A stretch of DNA of 46,200 bases. It comes from Octopus bimaculoides (taxonomy: Eukaryota). Where the stretch lies: assembly GCF_001194135.2 (NCBI RefSeq), contig NC_068995.1, positions 46,667,805 through 46,714,004 on the forward strand, in the 5' to 3' direction. Positions within the stretch are counted from its first letter, which is position 1. Each line of letters opens with the position of its first letter. Both the position numbers and the translations under genes were made by a program. Below the pieces are notes generated by a model. It ran no database searches, was not told where the DNA came from, and was given only the letters and a program-made list of their open reading frames with translations. Shown here piece by piece: positions 37,936 to 46,200 of the stretch.

Positions 37936-38391
37936 ATATGCTTTTATCATAAGAACTGATTATTGAAATTTGATCGCCAACAAAAATTTTAAAAACTTAG
38001 CACATGGGAAATATTGTATTTTATATTTAATTTTTCAAGATTGAAAATTACCATTGTAGGAATCACGGTTGGTTGCCATGTTGTATTACTATAAAAAAAG
38101 ATGTTTTTTTGTTGTTGATGTTTTTGTAAATAAAAATATTGGGTATGTAACAATTGTCTGTGTGTTTATTTCTAATTTGATACAATTTCATACATGTGTG
38201 TGTGTGTATGTGTTTTTGTGTGTACATATAAATGTATATGTGACTTTGTATGCACATAGAAAGACAAGGAAAGAAAGAACGTAAAAGTATCCTGTTGCTC
38301 TATATTTATAGACGGATCTGCAAGAATCCATGCACCACACACACACGCGCGTGCTCAAGTATATACATGTATATTGCAGATATATATATAC

Positions 38392-38556
38392 ACGACGGGA
38401 TTCTTTCAGTTTCCGTCTACCAAATACACTCACAAGGCTTTGGTCGGCCCGACGATAGAGTAGAGGACATTTCCCCAAGGGTGCCATGAGTGGGACTGAA
38501 CCCGGGACCATGTGGTTGGGAAGAAAGCTTGTTACCATACAGCCACTCCTGTGCCT
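38392..38556 (-). mobile_element. SINE family A head, reverse
   Basis: acgacgggattctttcagtttccgtctaccaaat...gggactgaacccgggaccatgtggttggg...cagccactcctgtgcct. Confidence 0.9.
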
Positions 38557-40422
38557 ATATATATATATATATATNNNNNNNNNNNNNNNNNNNNNNNNNN
38601 NNNNNNNNNNNNNNNNNNNNNNNNNNNNNNNNNNNNNNNNNNNNNNNNNNNNNNNNNNNNNNNNNNNNNNNNNNNNNNNNNNNNNNNNNNNNNNNNNNNN
38701 NNNNNNNNNNNNNNNNNNNNNNNNNNNNNNNNNNNNNNNNNNNNNNNNNNNNNNNNNNNNNNNNNNNNNNNNNNNNNNNNNNNATATATATATCGATATG
38801 TATATGTGCAAGTGCGTATACATTTTCATGAGCGGACGTGCTTACGCGCGCATGTATCAATGTGCTTATTATTTGAACAGTCGATAATCTACTCCGAATT
38901 TCACTCCCGCTGGGCTGTTCATAAGAAGCGTGACCTTTAGAGATTGAAGTGAAACTGAGACAGGTTAAGATTCTGATAAAAAAGAAAAAAAACCTGTATA
39001 ACCATTCCTCGCAACATACTGAATTCTATAACAATGTTTGCAATATGTAAAATATATGTTAATTTATTTTCCAACTCAAACATTACGAATAGCATTTTCA
39101 ATATTAATTCTATGGTAGTTCCTAAGCAATAATAAGCCAAAAAACATGTAACGTCATAATTATCAATGATTGCCTAATAAATAGTAATTGTCTTAGAAAA
39201 ACCTGGTGTAAAGATATAGAAGAATTACGCTTGCATATACTAGGTAACACAACAGTAGTATTATTCCCTTCAGGGGACTGTCACATTAAGTTGACAGCAT
39301 ACAACTACTTCATGTATGTTAATGTTTAAAAAGAAAATGAATATAAATTGATAAGACATAGCGAATTTTATGCCCCATAAACTCATAGAAACAAATTTTT
39401 GTGACATAGCACAGATATAGAACGTATATGTATTTTATACAAGATGAAAGCTTTATGTATATTTTATACATAATGATGAAAATCATGAATTTTGAGTTGT
39501 ATTTTGATATGACGTAGCTTAAATGCTGGTTCTAAAATACTTTATATACGTATCATCAATACAAGTAGGTGGCTGTGGGCTCCGTATAATAAGGGAATTG
39601 TGTTAATAAACTGATTTCATCAGTTCTCTTTATATTTTCTCTATGAAATTATGGGATGGTACTGTTTCCACTTCCGGTCAATTTATTTTCAGGTTTCTAA
39701 AAAAAATTCTAATCTAGATGCTAACCATAAATGCCACCAAGTCATTATTTCCAGTAAAGTCTGCAATATGAACCTCGCCTTAGATGCTTCATAATAAAAA
39801 CAAACAATTGTTTTGAATTTTCATCGTTGGGGTTTGATGAAAGCAGATTTCAATAAATAAATAAATATATATATATATAAGAAATAAACGTCGATAAATA
39901 TATAAATAAAGCAACTAGATTTGTAAATAAACAAATAAGAATATAAATAATACACCTTTCCTATCATCCACCCCCATCATCACCACACCGAACTGATATC
40001 TAAGTGAAATAAATGTGACACCAGATCCCCATTTCTAACCAGGAAGTGAATTCAGCGATATTTTACTAATAAAATGATGCTATCCAAACATATTTCAAGG
40101 ACATAAGAGCGAGAGAAATAGAGAGGAAAGAGCGAGAATGTGAGCGAATGAGAGAGAGAGAGAGGGGTAGACGAGAATAGAAAGCTAAAGTGTTTAAGGT
40201 GACAACAGAGAGGGTGTGGTAGGGAGGTGGGTAAGTGAGTACAAGTTGACAGGATATTATATCAGCAAATCGGTTGATACAATATACGCAATGGAGGATG
40301 ACGTAGGGGAAGGGAGAGAACTATCTGGTTGTTAATGTTACTCGGTTTACAAATACCTATTGATTAAGTAAAAGTGTGGTTTTTCAACTGATAAAGTTAT
40401 ACATATACATATAATTTAAAAA

Positions 40423-40457
<35 letters not shown>

Positions 40458-41621
40458 GAAAGAGGGAGAGAGAGGGAGAATAGAAGACTGAAAAAGAAGG
40501 AGAGATTAACTACATTGAAATATAAACAAAATATTGTTTGGCGCCAGTGTTTCTGTGTACTTACTTAGCAGGGATATACGCATAATAGATGTTATATGGC
40601 GTTCAGTGTTCACACGAAGGCTGCACCATAAACAAGATGCATTCCAAGGAGTGGTGAGTACTAGTGTTACACGCATAATCTATATCTCTCTCCCTACACA
40701 CACCCATACACAAACACACACATACATAAATATATATACATACATATAGACATACATATATTCATGCATATAAGTACAGTCCGTCCATTTTCTACAAAAA
40801 ACTCAACACCTACGCAACACCATCAAGTAAGTTATACGTAAACATATTGCATGTAGTGCTTAGAGTTTAAAGAGTTCATGTGAGTAGAGTTACGTTTAAG
40901 AAGTGCGGAAGAAAACAAGTTTAACGTTTCGGAAAAATTTCTTCATCACAGGATCCAGCGAGGAATTTTAAAAATGTAAAATTTTTGGAGACTTAGAACT
41001 TCGAACGAACAAACAACGACAGAGTAGACGTACGGAGTGAACAATCGACGAAGATATATTTTATATTTATTTATTTATTTATTTATTTATAATCGATCGC
41101 CACGCAGCCTGTACTTACCTCTCGTGTATTTACGTACTTTTACATTCTTTGGTGATATCCTGTACTTGATGTATCTTATATTCATTTATTTATAATCGAA
41201 GGCCANNNNNNNNNNNNNNNNNNNNNNNNNNNNNNNNNNNATATATATATATATATACACCCTACTGAAGTAGCAGATATATCTATAACACGTGATTTAG
41301 AATTCTGATGCGGAGCATCTTAATTCTAGTCACTGGATATTACTGCACCTAGGGTTAAATTCGAATCGCCTTCTCAGCTTCTATAAAGAAGAAAAAAACC
41401 GTTGAAAGTTTGCACTGTTTCAGAACACGAATACATGTGTATGTATTCATCTAACACATTGGAATAAATAGACATACTGAAATGCTTACCGGCTGATGTC
41501 TGTTGATTTCGTATCCTCTCCACTTTCTTATTTGTCGTACATATAAATCTCTATATATACATGTATATATATGTGTGTGTGTGTGTGTGTATGTNNNNNN
41601 NNNNNNNNNNNNNNNNNNNNN

Positions 41622-41668
<47 letters not shown>

Positions 41669-41941
41669 CAGGCATATATATATGTATGTGTGAGTATGTA
41701 TGTATGTATGCATATATATATCTAATGTTAGATAATAGTTTAACTATGTGTATATTATATTCATAGTGAAAATTTAAAACTGAAACTATTATCTCATATT
41801 ACAATAGAGATGTTATTTCACTTTTCATACATAATACCTAAACAGTCTAGGAGATTGCTCCGGGCTCGCATTAGGCCAAGAAGTCGAAAATCTTTTTGGG
41901 CCCATGACACTCCATGGACCCGAAGTAGTGTATGTGTACAA

Positions 41942-42100
41942 TTTTTCAAAAATTCTGATTAGTGACCATCATATTACAATACTTTTAAGGTGAAAATTAT
42001 AAACAAGTATAAATAAGGGCAAAAAAAGAAGTTTTCTATGCCAATAAGGTGAAAAATAGACATTAGATCCTGTAACCACATACAATATTTTTCACAATAA
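41942..42100. repeat. Diverged direct repeat copy 1 (about 160 bp)
   Basis: Shares catattacaatac, ttaaggtgaaaattata, aataagggcaaaa, ttttctatgccaata and aaccacatacaatat in the same order with 42426-42588. Confidence 0.85.
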
Positions 42101-42425
42101 AAACAGCGTTTTGAAAACTAGGAAATCAAACTAACAGAAATTTTAAGAAATTCCGTTATCCCCCAAATCGGAGCAATTTTTTAATTAATCCAAAAAACTC
42201 TTCCTTCATCAGCGAGGAACACGATAAGAATAAATGGAATGCTTACGCATACCCATGGAAAAAGAAGATGCAAAGTCACGAGTACATTTAATTACCTGAA
42301 ACATATCCAAACAGAAATTCTGTAGTAAACCTCAACTCACGTGTAGTCGGTCAGAAACTCACGTAAAGTGGTTACCAGTCCATAGGTGAATGGTAATAAA
42401 TTTACTACTAATATAAGGATAAAAG

Positions 42426-42588
42426 TTTTCAAAAGAAATCTTATCAGTGGCCAGCATATTACAATACCTGTTAAGGTGAAAATTATATAGACTTATGAAT
42501 AAGGGCAAAAGAAAAACATTTTCTATGCCAATATGCTGAAAAATAAACTTTAGATTGTCCAACCACATACAATATATTTCACTATAAA
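42426..42588. repeat. Diverged direct repeat copy 2
   Basis: Partner of 41942-42100, roughly 80% identical by eye. Confidence 0.85.
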
Positions 42589-42599
42589 CATATATATAT

Positions 42600-42764
42600 A
42601 CGACGGGCTTCTTTCAGTTTTCGTCTACCAAATCCACTCACAAGTCTTTGGCCGACCCGAGGCTGTAGTAGAAGACATTTGCCCAAGGTGCCACGCAGTG
42701 GGACTGAATCCGGAACCATGTGGCTGGTAAGCAAGCTATTTACCACACAGCCACTCCTGCGCCT
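42600..42764 (-). mobile_element. SINE family A head, reverse, well preserved
   Basis: cgacgggcttctttcagttttcgtctaccaaatccactcacaag...gtgccacgcagtgggactgaatccggaaccatgtgg...ccacacagccactcctgcgcct. Confidence 0.92.
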
Positions 42765-43251
42765 AAACAACAGATATATTGATAACATCCAGAACGATTA
42801 TTTTAATGTATATTTATTTATGTTAAGAAACATATTTCTTCGGAAAAACTGATACAGTTATCTGGGTTATTTTACTTGATNNNNNNNNNNNNNNNNNNNN
42901 NNNNNNNNNNNNNNNNNNNNNNNNNNNNNNNNNNNNNNNNNNNNNNNNNNNNNNNNNNNNNNNNNNNNNNNNNNNNNNNNNNNNNNNNNNNNNNNNNNNN
43001 NNNNNNNNNNNNNNNNNNNNNNNNNNNNNNNNNNNNNNNNNNNNNNNNNNNNNNNNNNNNNNNNNNNNNNNNNNNNNNNNNNNNNNNNNNNNNNNNNNNN
43101 NNNNNNNNNNNNNNNNNNNNNNNNNNNNNNNNNNNNNNNNNNNNNNNNNNNNNNNNNNNNNNNNNNNNNNNNNNNNNNNNNNNNNNNNNNNNNNNNNNNN
43201 NNNNNNNNNNNNNNNNNNNNNNNNNNNNNNNNNNNNNNNNNNNNNNNNNNN

Positions 43252-43284
<33 letters not shown>

Positions 43285-43729
43285 GTATGTATGTGTACGC
43301 GCGCGCGTGTGTGTATATGTATATATGTGTGTGTGTGTATTTGTATTTGTGTGTGTGTGTGAGTGTTTGTGTATGAATACAGTATGATCTAAAATTGTTC
43401 ATTGTGATCCTATTTTCCATTGTGTTGAGGGGCGTTTGTAAAATTGTGACAGTAACAGAAAAATAATCTCTTTAGTGACTTTAAGTTAGGCTTTATTCTA
43501 ACTTATTTAAAAAAAATATTATTATATTCTATAATATATAATAATATTTTAAAAACGTAATATTTTCATTTTATTTTATTTTATTTTATTCATTTATTTA
43601 TCCTTGACATTTCAAGTTCAAATCTTGCGAAATCCACTTTCATTTTCTCAATAACTGAGCCTATAAAATGAGAGCACCAATCACTTACATATTTCTCTTA
43701 GTTATTGAAATCATCGTGGGTATCAATAT

Positions 43730-43915
43730 TGATTTCAAATTTGGACAGTAGGCCAGTAATTTTCGGGGTGAGGTAAGTCGATTACATCCGCCAGTACGTA
43801 GCTGGTACTTATTTTATCGACCCTGAATGGATAAAAGGCAAAGTCAACCTCAGGAGGCAGAGACGGACAAAAGGCCCGCTAAGCATTTCACCCGACATGC
43901 TCAGGAATCAGCTAG
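43730..43915 (-). mobile_element. SINE family B, degenerate, reverse
   Basis: aagtcgattacatc...tggtacttattttatcgaccctgaatggataaaaggcaaagtcaacctc...gctaagcatttcacccg. Confidence 0.82.
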
Positions 43916-44062
43916 CTAACTATTGGTTTCAGCAATTTCGGAAAAGGGTCTCGAGAAAATAAGTCCCATTTGAGTCCTGGGGTTGATATAATCGCCTTAC
44001 CAGCTCCCTCAAACTTAGTTGCCTTGTGTCAAAATTTAAATCAATAGTATAATATAGGATTA

Positions 44063-44296
44063 AGGCGGCGAGCTGGCAGAGTGGTTAGCACGCCGGGCGA
44101 AATGCTTAACGGTATTTCGTCTGTTTTTACGTTCTGAGTTCAAATTCCGCCGAGGTCGATTTTGCCTTTCATCCTTTCGGTGCCGATAAATTATGTACCA
44201 GTTTCGCACAGGGGCCGATGTAATCGACTTAATCCATTTGTCTGTCCTTGTTTGTCCTCTTTATGATTGGCCCCTTGTGGGCAATAAAGAAATAAG
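44063..44296 (+). mobile_element. SINE family B, full length, best-preserved copy
   Basis: aggcggcgagctggcagagtggttagcacgccgggcgaaatgc; A-box TGGCAGAGTGG at 44074-44084; B-box-like GAGTTCAAATTCC at 44136-44148; tail ...ggccccttgtgggcaataaagaaataag. Confidence 0.93.
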
Positions 44297-44435
44297 AATT
44301 TCGTCCGTCTTTACGTACTGAGTTCGAATTCCGCCGAGGTCGATAAAATAAGTACCAGTTGATGAATGGGCTCAACGAAATCAACTTACTTCATCTCCTA
44401 ACATTGCTAGCCTTGTGTCAAAATTTGAAGCGAAT
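44297..44435 (+). mobile_element. SINE family B, second adjacent partial copy with the alternative tail
   Basis: atttcgtccgtctttacgtactgagttcgaattccgccgaggtcgataaaataagtaccagt...gccttgtgtcaaaatttgaa. Confidence 0.85.
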
Positions 44436-44444
44436 ATTATGATA

Positions 44445-44570
44445 CAGGATGAATGCGGTAAAAATATCGCTTTCCAACCACATTGTTTCCGGTTCAGCCT
44501 CTCTGCGGCAAATGTCTTCCAACATCGTGAAACCGAATTCGTCTGACGGAAACAGCGTAGAAGTCCGTCA
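44445..44570 (+). mobile_element. SINE family A head, degenerate and deleted
   Basis: tttccaaccacattgtttccggttcag...gcaaatgtcttc...gacggaaacagcgtagaagtccgtc. Confidence 0.65.
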
Positions 44571-45107
44571 TATGTATATATGTGTGTGTGTCTGTATGTC
44601 TGTGTGTGTGTGATTCTAATGACCTTGTATTAGAAGTCAATATAAATATGCTTCAGAATGAAGTGTTAACCGAGTACAGACCATAATATATACATATATA
44701 TTTACACAAACACATACACACACATACATATATGTGTGTGTGTGGGGACATGTATATATGTCTATATGTATGTATGTACGATATGTAACACAATGCGTAG
44801 TGTTAACAGCTAGTCATTTTCACTTATCAAACGCACTCAATCTGATAAACCGCTCATTATAATAGGAGTAAAAATTTATTGAAAAACTACGCGTGCGACT
44901 GCAAGTTATATCAAACGTATATGAATGGATACGTATATAAGTTCATATGCATATAATTATATATGTATATAAGTGTGCGGTTATGTATGTGTCTATATCC
45001 ACTTATGCATATATTTCTTTCTATCTATCTATCTATCTATCTATCTAGCTAGCTAGCTAGATAGCAGTGTGTCCGTTGTCTGTCTGTTTGTCTTTCTATC
45101 TCCACCT

Positions 45108-45142
<35 letters not shown>

Positions 45143-45712
45143 NNNNNNNNNNNNNNNNNNNNNNNNNNNNNNNNNNNNNNNNNNNNNNNNNNNNNNNNNN
45201 NNNNNNNNNNNNNNNNNNNNNNNNNNNNNNNNNNNNNNNNNNNNNNNNNNNNNNNNNNNNNNNNNNNNNNNNNNNNNNNNNNNNNNNNNNNNNNNNNNNN
45301 NNNNNNNNNNNNNNNNNNNNNNNNNNNNNNNNNNNNNNNNNNNNNNNNNNNNNNNNNNNNNNNNNNNNNNNNNNNNNNNNNNNNNNNNNNNNNNNNNNNN
45401 NNNNNNNNNNNNNNNNNNNNNNNNNNNNNNNNNNNNNNNNNNNNNNNNNNNNNNNNNNNNNNNNNNNNNNNNNNNNNNNNNNNNNNNNNNNNNNNNNNNN
45501 NNNNNNNNNNNNNNNNNNNNNNNNNNNNNNNNNNNNNNNNNNNNNNNNNNNNNNNNNNNNNNNNNNNNNNNNNNNNNNNNNNNNNNNNNNNNNNNNNNNN
45601 NNNNNNNNNNNNNNNNNNNNNNNNNNNNNNNNNNNNNNNNNNNNNNNNNNNNNNNNNNNNNNNNNNNNNNNNNNNNNNNNNNNNNNNNNNNNNNNNNNNN
45701 NNNNNNNNNNNN

Positions 45713-45764
<52 letters not shown>

Positions 45765-45784
45765 GCATACATAGGGCATAAGAC

Positions 45785-46110
45785 GGTACTCCCTGGGTTG
45801 GAGGCGTGTATGATGTTATATACAACTGGAAGATGAAGGTTTGGACTTGTCCCAAAATTTTTCATTGAAATTTATAACCTTACCAGAATAAGGTCCCATT
45901 GCACAGAGCCCAAGATCCCACCATTACCATGATAATACAAAACAAGATAGTGCAATAGACTTGCATGCAGTGAAGGCAGACGTCTTCAAAACAAAACTGG
46001 ATCTCCTACTGTCAAGAGTCCCCAATGAACCAACTTCGTGGCAGTGGACGCAAATGAGAGCAGGGACTTCAAACTTTCTCATTCAGGAAATGAAATCTGT
46101 TAAAGGAGGA
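45785..46110 (+). mobile_element. CR1-clade LINE C-terminal relic
   Basis: Across shifted frames: YSLGWRRV*, VIYNWK, GLVPKF, RSHCTEPKIP, and FKTKLDLLLSRVPNEPT (from 45985). These match the CR1 ORF2 tail pattern YSLERRR...IYxWKI.EGLVPN...FKxxLDxxL..VPDEP. Confidence 0.85.
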
Positions 46111-46161
46111 TTAATAAAAATTTAACCTATGTAACTATCTATTTCTCTCTCTCTCTTTCTG

Positions 46162-46200
<39 letters not shown>

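Noticed and set aside
44063-44150. A-box and B-box-like motifs suggesting tRNA genes (also in family A heads)
   Set aside because: No cloverleaf is evident; the motifs belong to dispersed, diverged multi-copy SINE heads.

Overview
Eukaryotic, AT-rich, repeat-saturated genomic DNA from a gapped short-read assembly: 13 N-gaps totalling about 3.9 kb, each touching a (TA)n run on at least one side. The SINE families and very dense microsatellites point to a coleoid cephalopod, probably Octopus; this is an inference from pattern recognition, not a database result. I can support no intact host protein-coding gene, rRNA, tRNA gene or CRISPR array, and nearly all ORFs in the track are microsatellite or N-gap artefacts. 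What the window does contain: (i) about 20 copies or fragments of two tRNA-head SINE families, plus pieces of a third; (ii) decayed non-LTR retrotransposons (a 1.4-kb RTE-like RT, an RTE 3' end, a CR1-like 3' end, and two restriction-like-endonuclease 3' ends sitting in (AAT)n); (iii) decayed DNA transposons (a DD34D mariner, a Tc1-like transposase the ORF track misses, a Tigger/pogo-like MITE, and a 444-bp fold-back element with ~120-bp terminal inverted repeats); (iv) two diverged direct-repeat pairs. I see no convincing new biological system. The best leads are the long fold-back element, closely spaced inverted SINE pairs (candidate ADAR substrates if transcribed) and the apparently microsatellite-targeted retroelement.
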